Part shown: piece after piece, positions 42,717-59,174 of the stretch
How positions within the stretch are numbered: the first letter of the stretch is position 1
Layout of the letters: every line of letters starts with the position of its first letter
Source: Octopus vulgaris
Lineage: Eukaryota
Assembly (NCBI GenBank): GCA_951406725.2
Contig: OX597822.1
Span: 47,058,001-47,122,000 of the forward strand
Length of the DNA: 64,000 nucleotides
Direction of reading: 5' to 3'
Notes under the pieces: generated by a model
Told to the model about the DNA's origin: nothing
Databases searched by the model: none
Seen by the model: only the letters and a program-made list of their open reading frames with translations
Translations under genes and position numbers: made by a program

Positions 42717-43274
42717 GGTTTTACCATATAGACACCACGACAACAACATCGCAAACACTCTTGTTTTGTATCCTATAAATTCCGCGTACATGCACAACAC
42801 CATCTTTTCATGCACCGACGGTCCGAAATCTCTTATAATCCGCTCAAATTTATGAGCAGAAACTTCTAATTCTCACCTGCCTCGGACTAGTTTATTGGTA
42901 CTTTGCGCCGTGCAGCACCAATAAACTTGTATCATTCAGATCAGGGGTTCTCAACCAGTTTTTTTTAATTTTTATCTATGGAGCCTTTTAATTACTATAT
43001 TATTCTGGTGGACCCTCATAGCTTTTGAAGTTCAAACGCTAGCTTTATAGAAACTTATTCCAAAATTCCTATTTTGTTATCCCTTCCCTTTACCTTTTAT
43101 TAATAGTGTCTGTAAAACATTTTTTCTAATTAAGTCTGACAAGCAGAAATCAATAATGTACACACACACACACACACGCTTATATAGACACCTTTGTACG
43201 TGAATACTTATATATACATTATATATATTGATACTTTCGTACAGTCATACACACTTATACATATATTATATACT

Positions 43275-43354
<80 letters not shown>

Positions 43355-43426
43355 TATATATATACATATATATATATGTTTACGCATATGTATATATGTG
43401 TGTGTGTGTGCGTGTTTATGTATATG

Positions 43427-43471
<45 letters not shown>

Positions 43472-43759
43472 ATTCATCAGGAGGTCGTTGTGGCAGTAAC
43501 ACAGACAACAAAGAAGTGAAGCAGTTCATTTGTAGTGAAAGAGCATGTCGTGTTTTGCCGAGTGGATCTTTGCCAATGAAGGGAGCCCTCTTTTAGATGT
43601 GGTATACGGAAGCTTTGGATGTATGCCAGAAGGACCGACACAGATGCATGAAATGTGTGCAATAGTCTGTAGGCCTTTGTAAAGGATTAGTAACTAGTTA
43701 GGGTTTAAATATTTCTTGGGCCTAACACGAAAGCTCAGTCTTTGGCTATAGTGTCAGTG

Positions 43760-43809
<50 letters not shown>

Positions 43810-43810
<1 letters not shown>

Positions 43811-44100
43811 TGTATATATATATTTATTGTTTTTACGTATTTTTGTATTTTTATTCGTGTACATCGTCCGTTTTCCGCCCTTGTGTTGCATACATTCGAG
43901 GCTTTCTTCCAAGGGATCTAATGCGCTTGGCTTAGATTTCCCTTGGGGGCTGCCCAGATCGGAGCAATCTCAAGATTAATCAGCCGAAATTGCGAAGATA
44001 ATCCTGTTCTTGACTGATGATTGAGGGCTTCGAATGTCCCGTCCTGTGTTTCTCGTGTCGTCTTCTAGGTGTTTCACGTTCTTGTCCCAGTTTGTATATA
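43810..44100 (+). mobile_element. (TA)n-embedded non-coding repeat carrying a hammerhead-like core
   Basis: Homologous copies at 57556-57810 (-) and fragment 26785-26865 (-). Confidence 0.7.
43964..44029 (+). ncRNA. Putative hammerhead ribozyme with non-canonical strand order (copy 4a)
   Basis: GCAAT-C-TCAAGA-ttaatc-AGCC-GAA-ATTGC-14nt-TCTTGA-CTGATGA-ttgag-GGCT; perfect stems III and I, AUC triplet. Confidence 0.72.
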
Positions 44101-44259
44101 TTTTTTTAACTTTTACATATATATATATTCCCTTCTTTCCTGAGCGTCAATAATACTTTAATTGTTCCACGTCCTGCGTTGCTGTGTTTTTTCCCTTTTT
44201 TTCTCTTTTTTTCTGTGTTTTCTTGTTTGGATTAACTTTATATACATATATATATATAC

Positions 44260-44375
<116 letters not shown>

Positions 44376-44656
44376 GTATTTATATAGGTGTGTGTGTGTG
44401 TATTCATTCACACACAGGATTTTAATGTGGGACTCTATTAGTTTCATCCTTCTGATAAAATAATGGTCGAACAGGTCACGCCATACATGCTTGTTCGTCT
44501 ATAGTGTTTTTAGAGACATTAACAGGTCGCGTTTAAATGCTGAGTATATTAAATGATATTTATCTCACACTGGCTGGAGTGCATTTTAGCTGTGTTCTCC
44601 AATAACGGAAGAGTACACTATGAATGTGTGTGTGTGTGTGCGAATGCGTGTGTGAA

Positions 44657-44729
<73 letters not shown>

Positions 44730-45062
44730 CAATGAGTTGGCAGAGTCGTTACAATATCAGAATAACTATTGGTCATTCGTTTCGGTTTCTTCGTTCTGAG
44801 TTCAACTCTCACCAAAGTGATATTGATTTCTCACCTTTTTCGAGTTGATAACCGCTAGAGCCTCAAATCACATTCTACTATCTTCAAAAACAAAAGGAAA
44901 AAAAATGGAGAATGTAAGCTTGGATGCTACAAACACGACGAGATGGTCACTGATGGAACACCTTTGATCTCAAATTTGTTCAACCATGTTCACTCGGTGG
45001 GTGGAACATAAACAATAACAAGAGCAACAAGTACAGCATCCAGTTTTATGTAAATTCATATT

Positions 45063-45507
45063 TATTTCCTTATTGCCCGCAGGGGGCTAAACATAGAGGG
45101 GACAAACAAGGACAAAGGGATTAAGTCGATTACATCGACCCCAGTGCGTAACTGGTACTTATTTAATCGACCCTGAAAGGATGAAATGCAGAGTCAACCT
45201 CGACGGAATTTGAACTCATGACGTAAAGAGAGACGAAATACCGCTAAGCATTTCGCCCGGCATGCTAACGTTTCTTATTTCTTTGCTGCCCACAAGGGGC
45301 TAAACATATAGGTGACAAACAAGGACAAACAAACGGATTAAGTCGATTACATCGACCCCAGTGCGCAACAGGTACTTAATTTATCGACCCCGAAAGGATG
45401 AAAGGCAAAGTCGACCTCGGCGGAATTTGAACTCAGAACGTAACAGCAGACGAAATACGGCTATGCATTTCGCCCGGCGTGCTAACGTTTCTGCCAGATC
45501 GCCGCTT
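45063..45507 (-). mobile_element. Tandem/dimeric family B SINE
   Basis: Two consecutive B units. Confidence 0.88.
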
Positions 45508-46594
45508 TTAAACAGTAATTTATATTGCCTGTATTGGGGTTTGTATTCACAAATTTATGCTCCGTTGGAACCCAATGACGTAAATAAAACGGGAGCAAGG
45601 GAAGCAACCTCTCCCCCACTGAGCTCACTTTTCAAAATTGACACCTTTTCAACCATTTTGTTAAACTCTGTAGTTCACTTGTGCGATAGAAGTTGAACCT
45701 CATATTTTTGTGTTGTTAATCGCATGGCCTTGGAAGGAATTTCTAGAATCATTACTTTATTTGACCAACTTCTTGTTTTGTTTTTTTTTAATTGTCAGCT
45801 CAGTTTCCCGTGATCTGTTGCTGACCGCTGACACCCGAAGAACCAGAACAAACCCTGACGTCCATAACCTCTCAACACTGGACGGTGCCGTAGAGTTTCA
45901 TCTTTTTCATGTTACATCGATATCTGTTAAGTAGCTGTTAAGTTACATATTTAATGAAAGACATTGTTACTGAAGTATGAGATTACCGAATGTAGAATAC
46001 AATTATAAGAGAAATGAGTTTAGAATTGTTTGGTATGTGTCATGGTGCCTTTTTTCTTATGTGCTCTCTCCCTCTAACTTTAGAACCTGGTTACGCCTCT
46101 GTTGGAACCATAATCATTACCATTAATCATGATTCCAATAAATAAAGTTTCAATATCAACAATGCCCGTGAAAATAAATGTCTGTAAAAAAGCAAGGATT
46201 TGTATCATCTATCAGTGAGTCATCGACCTTGGGAACTTAGTGAAAGGAATACTTTGGGAACCGGATATCAGGAAATCCTTTGACCATACTTGACTCCTAG
46301 TTATTTTGCTCCCTAAGGCTCTACAACTGCCTCTCTTTCTTCAGGTAGGAAACTTCATATCAAGGTGCATCATTGGAGAGTAGGAACGTGAAACTTCATC
46401 CAAATTCTATTTTAATAAACTCTGATGCACTCCAAGATTCAGTAATATCTCCCGTACTCTTCTTTCTGTGAAAGTGAAACGTACGCCTTCACACTTTTAA
46501 CAACACAAGCACACTCACATACACACGCACACACAAACACAGGCACAAACACACACGCACAAACGCATATGTACAAACACATACACACACTTCT

Positions 46595-46815
46595 ATGCGA
46601 ATGATACAAATCTCGTAGCCTAAAATATTCACTTTTAGCTTTATACCAATCATTTTTGGTGCAATAGGATATGTACCAATCCACCTGGAGCAAACAAGGC
46701 GAGAATGTGTGTTCTTGGGTAGAGAATGCAACCTCATAGTCCATACGCTACAAATGATCACGACATTTGGGAAAATAAAAATCTGCAAAATCTTTTTAAG
46801 ATGTAAAGAATGAAC
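46595..46815 (+). pseudogene. RLE-domain C-terminal remnant of an R2/R4-type retrotransposon
   Basis: FSFIPIIFGAIGYVP..LQMITTFGKIKICKIFL..; homologous to 2050-2250. Confidence 0.6.
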
Positions 46816-46904
46816 AAAGCAAATGCTTTCCGGCACAACCTTATTTCTTACCAAGCAGCCGGCCAGTTAAATTTAACTCTAAATTAAAGAGAAAAATGCA
46901 TACA

Positions 46905-47315
46905 TGTATGTATGTATGTATGTATGTATGTATGTATGTATGTATGTATGTATGTATGTATGTATGTATGTATGTATGTATGTATGTATGTATAAATGTG
47001 TGTATGTATGTATGTATGTATGTATGTATGTATGTATATACGTATGTATGTATGTATGTATATACGTATGTATGTATGTATGTATGTATGTATATACGTA
47101 TGTATATATATATACGTATGTATATACGTATGTATGTATGTATATACGTATGTATGTATATACGTATATATGTATGTATGTATGTATATACGTATGTATG
47201 TATGTCTGTATGTATATACGTATGTATGTATGTATTCATGTATGTATGTATGTATGTATTCATGTATGTATTCATGTATGTATGTATGTATGTATGTATG
47301 TATGTATGTATGTAT
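46905..47315. repeat. (TATG)n microsatellite with TATATACG variants
   Basis: Direct reading. Confidence 0.95.
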
Positions 47316-47819
47316 GTGCATGCATATATATACATGTTACTATATTTGAATTTTGCGAGATGAAACGAAGCAAACATAGACGGACAAACATAGATATTTG
47401 CATCTATCTGTTTTTATACATAACTGCTCCACCACCAACACACAAGCTCACACAGACGTACGATCATAAAAACACATATAGAAGAACCAGTACACACGCA
47501 CGCACGCACACACACACACACATACACACACACACAATACACACACAAGTACACAACTACAAAGCTTCTCAATACAAACTGGCTAAACATAACCATTAGA
47601 CAAACGATATCCCGTCATTTCGCTATTCCATTATTCCAGTAATTCAATATTCCACAACACTGCTATTCTTCTATTCGGGGGTTGAGCATACATTTTCTTC
47701 ACGTTTTCCCCTTCATTTAACTTTTATCACATTATCCCAACTATTTCTTTTTTCTCTTTATATTGAAATGGTGATTGCGGTGGTGATGGTGACGGTAATG
47801 TTGTTGATGTTGTTGTAGA

Positions 47820-48105
47820 TGATGATGGTGGTGGTGGTGGTGGTGGTGTTGGTGGTGGTGGTGGTGGTGGTGGTGGTGGTGGTGGTGGTGGTGGTGGTGG
47901 TGGTGGTGGTGGTGGTGGTGGCAGTTGTGGTGGTGGTAGTGGTGGTGGTGGTGGTGGTGGTGGTAGTGGTGGTGGTGGTGGTGGTGGTGGTGGTGGTGGT
48001 GGTAGTTGTGGTGGTGGTGGTGGTGGTGGTAGTGGTGGTAGTGGTGGTGGTGGTGGTGGTGGTGGTGTATATGTTGGAAGTGGTGGTGATTATCGTGGTG
48101 GTGGT
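47820..48105. repeat. (GGT)n microsatellite
   Basis: Direct reading. Confidence 0.95.
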
Positions 48106-48547
48106 CATGGTCGTACTGGAAGAAGTAAGAGACAAATAAAGGAAAAGTGAAAAATGGAGAACACGTTTGAGAGGTGAAAGAGAAAGAGTATAAGAGAGAG
48201 AGAGAGAGACAGACAGAGACAGAGGAGGAGACATAAAGACAGAGAGAGAAAGAGAAAAAGAGAAAGAAATAAGGAAAGGTAGTGAGAGGGGGAGAAAAGT
48301 AGAAAGAGAAAAAGAAATAAGAAAAGGCAGAGACGCGGGAAAAGAAAAGAGATATTGTGGAGATCGTCTGCCTGTCAAAATCACACACATAAACACACAT
48401 ACACATACAAAACACGTAAAACTCAAACACACTCACACACACACAGACGCTCGCGCACGCACCCACACATACACAACATATATATATGTATATATTCAAA
48501 GTACGGGCGCATGCAAACACACACATACACACACAAATACACATAAA

Positions 48548-48585
<38 letters not shown>

Positions 48586-49144
48586 CTCTCTCTCTCACAC
48601 ACACGCGCGCACAGACACATACATGTAGAAACACACAACGTAGACATGTATTTGCACACATGCGAATACGCAAATTACATAAATGCGAGCGTGTGCATTT
48701 ATAGATGATTGTTTAAAAGTTGTTGCATGTGTGTGTGTGTGTGTACATACGCATTCATGCACACTCACACACGTACTTATACAAAGAGACAGACAGTGAG
48801 ATAGATGTACAGAAAGAGAAAGAGAGAGAATGACTTTGTATGGAAGTAGTTCCGGATGGAGCAACGAGTAAAAAATGCTTTAAATTAAGTGGTGCATGAA
48901 GAAAAATGCAATAGTTGTAAAGTGTCAGATGTGATATATTGTTATTTGTGTGACTTGGCTGACTGACGCAGACTGGTTGATTACAGTTAGACAAACAGAC
49001 AGACATATATACATGCAGATATGCAGATATTTATATATATATACATGTATGTATATATGTATGTATGCATGTATGTATATACAGAGATAAAGAGAGACAT
49101 ACATACAGTCAGACAACCAGATAGACAGACAGACAGACAGACAA

Positions 49145-49257
<113 letters not shown>

Positions 49258-49404
49258 AAGAAAGACATACGTCGGTAGAAATGATAGAGTCACTTAAGGG
49301 CCTAGAGTTTCGTGCATTGTTATCAAACTTCTGATTGATAATGTATGTATATATGTATATATATGTGTAGGTATGTATGTATGTATGTATGCCATGTATG
49401 TGTG

Positions 49405-49473
<69 letters not shown>

Positions 49474-49729
49474 GTATATATGTGCATATATGTATATATA
49501 TATATCTATGTATTTATGAATGTGTATGTGTGTATATATTTATATATATAATGATGATGATGATGATGATAATTTCTTATTATTATCTCAACTAACACTG
49601 CGAAATTCCTGAAGTAGATCCAACGGAAGTATACCCCGACTGTGGATGACACCAGATAGCCCAAACTGTGCCAGTACTCTATTCAACCATTCAACACACT
49701 AATCAACATATGCCCATTAGTCCCAAAAC

Positions 49730-49795
<66 letters not shown>

Positions 49796-49992
49796 ACATA
49801 TTGATAATAAAAGGGTAAAATTAATTAATCAAATTAATTAATCAATCAATCAATTAATTAGTAATTTTACCAAGTAAATCGGTATGTTAAAATAACCTTT
49901 ATAGGTAAAATTATACAAATATTCTATAATTATAAATATATAATTATGTTCATAATTATAGAATATTTGTATAATTTTACCTATAAAGATTA

Positions 49993-50802
49993 TCTACTAC
50001 ATATATGGGAAATTCTGTCTGTGGAGTCGTTTTATCGATTTTGATGAAACTTGACACGTGAGTAGAACTCGTGTCTGGAAACCTCATGGCATACATAGAT
50101 TGTTCGAAAAAAAAATCGATAATAGGTCCCCTGGATGGGATCATTATATATCTCATATATTTTATTTTAAAAACCAAGGGAAATAATATATTTACCCCTT
50201 GAAGGGATCCTTACATATAGCCCAGGGAAGTAACCCATTCATTTTCCTAAATTATTTGGTAAAATGAAATTGAGTATGCATATTTCTTGGTATTTGAACT
50301 GTTTTTCCTAAACAATAGACCCACTTATTTCGGTTAGTGACTTATTCACGAATATACCAGTATTAGCAGTCCTGAGGGTAATAATCTCTGGGAACGCACA
50401 AAAGCTCTTTTCAGAGCTATTTACTTTGAATTGTTATTATCTCATATCTGATTACCCTGTTATTAGTAACATGCTTCACGATTTTAGAATACACACCTTA
50501 TAAGTACTTCCTCCTATATTCTATATACTCTGGGAACGCATTAAAGCTCTTTTCGAGGCTACTTTATTTGAATTATTTCTATCGGGTAACTAGTTTCGTG
50601 TTATTACAAAAATGACTTCACTATTTGGGTATTCATAACTTGGGAATTCCTAAAAATAAGATCCTGTGTTAGACAGTTCGGTATTCTCTGTAAATACACA
50701 AAATCTGTTTTAAGGGCTACATACTTTGTAGTGTTGTTATTGGAATAGCGAAACAATTATGAGAACGGAACCCCGGGAATTACCGTGTACGTCATCAGCT
50801 AG
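49993..50802 (+). mobile_element. Non-autonomous Helitron
   Basis: A|TCTACTAC start, weak GC hairpin then CTAG|T; 5' part shares the gatgaaacttgacac block with 15030-15415. Confidence 0.6.
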
Positions 50803-51212
50803 TATATATATATATATATGCTTTATCTGTGTATTAAGAAGGCTACCATTGGTTTCATGCAATGACAGATCTTTTTACAATTTACAAGCGTACCACATGG
50901 GAACGTTTTCACTCATTTCAATTTTGGATGGGAATATATTCATATATTCATCATTGAAGTTATTTTCTCGTTTGCATCTATCTATCCATCTTTTCGTGCA
51001 TATATACATACATACATGCATACATATCTATATACATTTATACACACTCGCACTCAGACACACGCATATATACACACATATAAACACATATACACGCAGA
51101 TAGATATATAGAAAGTAGAGATGTAAAATTTATAGAAACAAAAACACTGTCAGGGTGGCGGCAGATTAAAAACAGGGAAACCTAGCTCAGGATGCTATTA
51201 AATTATATTCAT

Positions 51213-51246
<34 letters not shown>

Positions 51247-51589
51247 GCGCGCGCGCACGCATATACACACACACGCACTCACGTACACACACACACACAT
51301 AGTCAATTTAAAAAAACAGAGAAAAAAGGAAAAGAAATAACAAACAAACGCGAGGATTTAGCATAAGCAATGTATTAATATGACGCTCGGAGAAAGAAGA
51401 GAGTTGTTGTCTTACGTTTCGAGTATAGCTCTTCATCGGAAACAGGAAAAACGGGAAAGGCGAAAGGGAAAGAAGGAAGAAGGAGGGAAAATCGCCAACA
51501 GTCGACGTGCGGTTACATTTCTGACTGAAGTTAACGGAAGTAGAAGGAAGAAGGGAAAGTGCTTTCTGGGACAGAAGAGTGTGAAGATG

Positions 51590-51646
<57 letters not shown>

Positions 51647-51799
51647 TGTGTGTGCGCGCGCGCTGTTGATAGATGGGAATGGATTCACAATTATTCGATC
51701 GTAGTTCAAGTAATTGCGATTAATGGCTGTTCGACCATCTTGTGAGACCAAGAGTATTGAGTGGGATGACCAGGCTGCCAGTATTATTGAATGGGTTTT

Positions 51800-52130
51800 G
51801 TTAGATGCTCTGGTAATGTCCTGGTGCTTAGTGAAAGGATATGGATAGCCATTCTCCATCAAGACTTTTCTGAATTGCATGGTATTCGTGTTCTTGCTTC
51901 ATTTCTCGCTACTTCTACTGCATATCCTGTAAATCCCATTTCTAATGTAAGCCATCTTAGTTCTGATGGGCAGAGATGAATTATAGTGTACAAATAGACC
52001 CCTGGATGCTGATTTTCTATAAAAGTTAGCGGAGATGGTTCCTCTCGCTTCAAAATTAAGCAGAATTAAGGAAACGGTGTTATTGGGGTACTCTACTTAA
52101 AATTTTATATGTTCATCGATGTTACTTGTT
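51800..52130 (-). pseudogene. Penelope-like element reverse transcriptase thumb fragment
   Basis: FYRKSASRGLFVHYNSSLPIRTKMAYIRNGIYRICS..*..QFRKVLMENGYP matches the PLE YRK..H..S.HP...K..NGYP motif; in-frame stop. Confidence 0.8.
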
Positions 52131-53164
52131 TTACAAGTGTTTTGGCTCAGAACTCTAGGCCCTTAAGTCACTTCTTTAGCAATCTCAGCTAATAAAAAAT
52201 TATATGAACATGGTGGACTCTCCTCTTGTAGTCGACAGATGGAGACTCTATAATTATGTGCTGAGCAATCTACACAAATGGTTTGTTCATAGTGCTCAAA
52301 TATCTGTGTTGTACATTAACTTATACTCTCCATCAAATCCACATTGCCTGTACAGGCGCACGGTGTGTCACATGTCAGATCAAAGTAAAACAGTGTTTTG
52401 TTTAAGAATACAACGCACTGTCCGGTCTGAGAATCGAAATCACGATCTTACCCTCACGGTGTTAACAGCCTTACATATGTAAACTTGATCCATGGCAAGA
52501 CTTCGACGTTTGGTGGTTAGTAGACGTAGTCGAACGGATATGATGAGGCATTCAAAGGCTTTTTGACTCGATGTTAAACCTCCGTCGTTGTTTTCGTCTT
52601 GAAAAAAGACAATCAACAATTATCATTGCAGTTCATGATGAAATTTCTGGTACGGGTTAACAATTGTCGGTGTTTAACATCAATAGTTCGGAGCGTCAAA
52701 TCACGCGATGCAAATGTTGGTATAAGCACTGGTACAGCAAACACGTTGTGGGTTATCGATCTATTGCATGCGGAAAGTTCCGAGGAACATATTTTATTTA
52801 CCCTGATGTTGCTCTTTCTTTATCACAGGTTCCATCATAGGAAATATTTTTTTAACTCTATTTTTAAGTGCATGTAGCAATCCTCATCAGACATCGGAGA
52901 AATATATGCACAAAAACATATGAACAATTACATCAATACTAAGAGACAGAACAGCTAAATATATGGATAAAAACTGAATACCAACAGACAGACGGTCAAG
53001 GAGAGAGTCGCGCCATCAGACGATGTTAGGAAAGCAATCATTTGACTCGAGTATAATACTGTCTCGACTAGGTCAAGCGACTGCATCGCCCTCTGGCCAA
53101 ATCGATAATGATTGTCCGCCTTGACTTGTTATGTTCGTCTGTCTCCTTAACATCATTGACGATA

Positions 53165-55280
<2,116 letters not shown>

Positions 55281-55977
55281 ATACCAATGTGACCTCACTT
55301 CTCCAAGCCGGTTAAATCTGTCAAACTACCTAAGCAGAACACAACACTGCAGACGATGATGCAAGCAAAGGATGCACCGATAGCAAGAGAAGGGACTTAA
55401 AATCATTTGTTGTAGAATAGAATGCAGTTGTTGATGTTGCCGTCAGAAGGGGAGAAGCTATCGTCTGCTCTACTGGAATTTTTTCCCGGTGACTCTGTCT
55501 ATATATATGTATGTTATGTCGAGTAGCAGACGACATGGTTTCATAAACTGCAGACGGAGAAGATGAGGGGTGGGAGGCAACAAACTGCTACGATGTATGC
55601 ATAGATGTGTGTGATTTTGAGAATATGTAAGTAGTATGCATATGTATGCATATATAAGTGCATACAACATGTGTGAGTATGTATGTATAAGAATGTAAAT
55701 ATCTCTGCGCATGCATGTGTATATGTGCACATAATAGAGAAAGCTGCTTATTAATTAGTTAAAATTATGTAACTTGATTGAAGTCACCATAGCTGTCGTA
55801 AGTTTCCGCCGGTTAAACCATCGTCGCACTGCTTCAACTGGCCGAAACGTCGAAGTCACTGTCAATGGTATTCTCCTTTAAGAATAATAAATTTGTTCTC
55901 TACAAAAGTATGAAGTAGCCTATCATATTAATGTAAAATTGTTTTTATTGTGGCTGAACATAGAAGCAAACATCGAC

Positions 55978-56150
<173 letters not shown>

Positions 56151-56603
56151 CAGATGTATTTGCTGTTTTGTTTGTGCTAATTTTAGTAATATAGTGTTCG
56201 CCGTTAGTCGCTCTCAGTGTCGAATACCCAGGCTTTCCCTCTCGTCAGGGTGGTTTAGATGAGAGATCTGTTTTCCTGAACGAAAGTGAATTTCAACGGA
56301 GAAACTTTCAGTAGCTACCTGCATAGACAAAATTACAATGAAGGTTTCAAATTTTTGGCACAAGGCCAGCAAGTTCAGGAAAGAAGCTTGACTGGTACTT
56401 ATTTTATCGATCACAAAACAATGAAAAGCAAAGTTGACCTCATCGGAATTTGAACTCAGAACGTAAAGACGGACACCGCCACCACCACCAACACTTAAGA
56501 ATATATAATGAGAGTTTGTGTCTATGTTCGTGCGTGCGTGTGTGTTTTTGCACGCACATACACACACACATATACGCATACATACATATGTATGCATGTG
56601 TAC

Positions 56604-56636
<33 letters not shown>

Positions 56637-56952
56637 TGTATGTATGTATGTACGTATGTATGTATCTATACATATACATACATACATACATACATACATA
56701 CATACATACATACATACATACATACATACACACTGTATATAGTTAACGAGAAGCCTGCGATATTCTCAATCGAAAGGGATTTTTAATCTATTTACACCCT
56801 ATTAGATATAGCCTTGTCTGCTTCGAGTCTCATTGCTTCCAAAAATAATTATTTGATATACATACACGCACACACATGCGCGTGCATACATGCATGTGTA
56901 TGTTTTTCGTGGATACTTATTTCAATGTATGCGTATATGTGTGTATGTTTGT

Positions 56953-57098
56953 AGGCGCAGACGTGGTTGTGTGCCAAGAAGCTCGCTTACCAAGTACATG
57001 GTTCAGGGTTCAGTCCCATATGCGTGGCACCTTGGGCTAGTATCTTCTATAGCCTCTGGTCAACCAAAACCTTGTGAGTGGATTTGTTAGACGGAAAC

Positions 57099-57168
<70 letters not shown>

Positions 57169-57375
57169 TGCGAGTTTGGGTCTGTCCCCCACCACCGCTT
57201 GACAATTGGTGGTGGTGTGTTTACCTCCCCGTAACTTAGCGGTTCGCCGAAAGTGACCGATAGAGTAAGTACCAGAATTAAATATCAAAATACTAGGGAG
57301 GATTCATTCGACAAAAAAATTCTTCAAGGCAGTGCCCCAGCATGGCCGCATTCTAATGACTGAAGCAAGTCAAAG
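56953..57375 (+). mobile_element. Family A SINE (diverged)
   Basis: Head, (TG)n, gtaacttagcggttcg and tail. Confidence 0.8.
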
Positions 57376-57396
57376 ATGTATGTATATCTATATCTG

Positions 57397-57500
<104 letters not shown>

Positions 57501-57515
57501 ATGTTTGTATGTATG

Positions 57516-57557
<42 letters not shown>

Positions 57558-57622
57558 AAATGGGACAAGAACGCAAAACATCCAGACAAACGATACAAAG
57601 AAAACTAGGACGGGTCATTCGA

Positions 57623-57688
57623 AGCCCTCTATCCTCATTCAAGCACCAGATTATCCTCGCAATTTCGGCTGATTATTCTTGAGGTTGC
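57623..57688 (-). ncRNA. Decayed copy of the 43964-44029 hammerhead-like motif
   Basis: GCAAC-C-TCAAGA..AGCC-GAA-ATTGC..GCTTGA-ATGAGGA-tagag-GGCT; two core substitutions. Confidence 0.55.
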
Positions 57689-57804
57689 TCCAATCTGGTC
57701 AGCCCCAAGGAAAAACTAAGCTAAGAGCATTAGATTCCTTGGAAGTAAGCAGCGAATGCATACAAAAACAAGGATGGAAAAAACAAAGTTACACAAATAT
57801 AAAT

Positions 57805-57885
<81 letters not shown>

Positions 57886-58359
57886 CATACATACATACAC
57901 ATACATATGCATAAACATATATATATATATACATACATAGATGCACACGTGTATGTGTGTGTGTCTTCTATTCTAGACTTATATATATTTCTATACATGC
58001 ATATAATTGCACGTTCTCACAATTATTCATGATTGTGAGAATGTGCATGCATATGTTTACCTGTGCGTCCATGTGTTCGTGTGCATGCCTGAACGTGTGT
58101 TTATGTGTACGTGTGTTTGTTAGACAGCGAACTCCGTGCGTGTGTGCACTTAAGGAAATGTAATCGTACATTGGACTGTATGTATGTGTACGTGAATGCG
58201 CTTGTGTGTATGCGTGGTACACGAGTAACCACACGTGTTCATTCGAGCATGTTGGCAGTGAGCTGTTGTTTCGCCCCAGATCAGCCCGGATCAAGCACTG
58301 CAATGATGACAGGCATTCCAACCGTGAAAACACTGATGCTTTTTTATGAAAACTAAGAA

Positions 58360-58670
58360 GTCCATCTATGCATCTCTCTAACCATCCACCCAACCATCCA
58401 TGACCCCTGTCTATTATTCCTGGAAGGGACGCTGCGGGTAGAGGCCTCAAGTACTTCCTACATAGGATCCTATCTTAAGTAACCGTCTTTACATTCCCCG
58501 GCTGGATTACTAAGCGTGACCAACGGAATCTATGGTTATTATCCAGCCATTTCATTCTTGGCCTTTACTCTTAGGTCTCCTGCCCGTTGGCTCGGCTTGA
58601 AGAATCCGTTTTGCGATTCTTTCCGGTGACATTCTAATCACAAGTCCGTTGAACGGGGAGATGTGTTCTC
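58360..58670 (-). pseudogene. RTE-clade LINE 3' end
   Basis: GLVIRMSPERIAKRILQAEPTGRRP plus a (GGAT)n-like tail. Confidence 0.65.
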
Positions 58671-58925
58671 TCAATATATATTCCAAGAAAGTTAGAGGTT
58701 GTGAATCCAACCAACTAAGGGATAATATATATCCAATATACTGCTGGTAGAATACCCAATTATTAATACATAAGTGTTTTTTTATTGCATTGTAATTAAA
58801 TTTCCGAGTGTACTAAATGGGTGAAGGTAAAGATATATTATATATATATATATATGTGTGTGTGTCACCAACTGTGCAAACAACATGAAATACGTAAAAG
58901 CAGGACAAGTAAACACGGAGAAGGG

Positions 58926-58986
58926 ACCCTTCATCAGTTGTCGACTGTCTACCTGCTCCACATTTCGAGCATTCAACGACAATGTG
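58926..58986 (-). ncRNA. Degenerate hammerhead-like motif with non-canonical strand order (copy 3)
   Basis: CACAT-T-GTCG..GCTC-GAA-ATGTG-15nt-CGACAA-CTGATGA-A-GGGT; flanks resemble the 27-29 kb elements. Confidence 0.55.
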
Positions 58987-59174
58987 AGTCTTCAAAGACA
59001 GTTGCTTTCATAAATTCTAAAATAAAATTCAGGATTTATGGATGGTCAAAGTTGGGAACAAAAACACGACAGTGGAAACATACAAGGAAACCGAATAAAA
59101 ACAAACATGGAGGGTCGTTAAACCAGAACGAGAGGAAAATAGTGAACGCTGGATATATATATATATATATATTC

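Noticed and set aside
46420-46490. CTGATGCAC...GTGAAACGTACG hammerhead-like boxes
   Set aside because: A9 missing and no stem I partner
47826-48066. Functional G-quadruplex
   Set aside because: Only two-G tracts in a common (GGT)n microsatellite; no evidence of function
46841-48673. ORFs such as poly-His, poly-Thr and YIHT repeats (and similar ORFs throughout the window)
   Set aside because: Translations of microsatellites
55770-55865. GCCGAAACGTC minimal hammerhead half
   Set aside because: No matching CUGANGA strand; only weak similarity to 52499-52520
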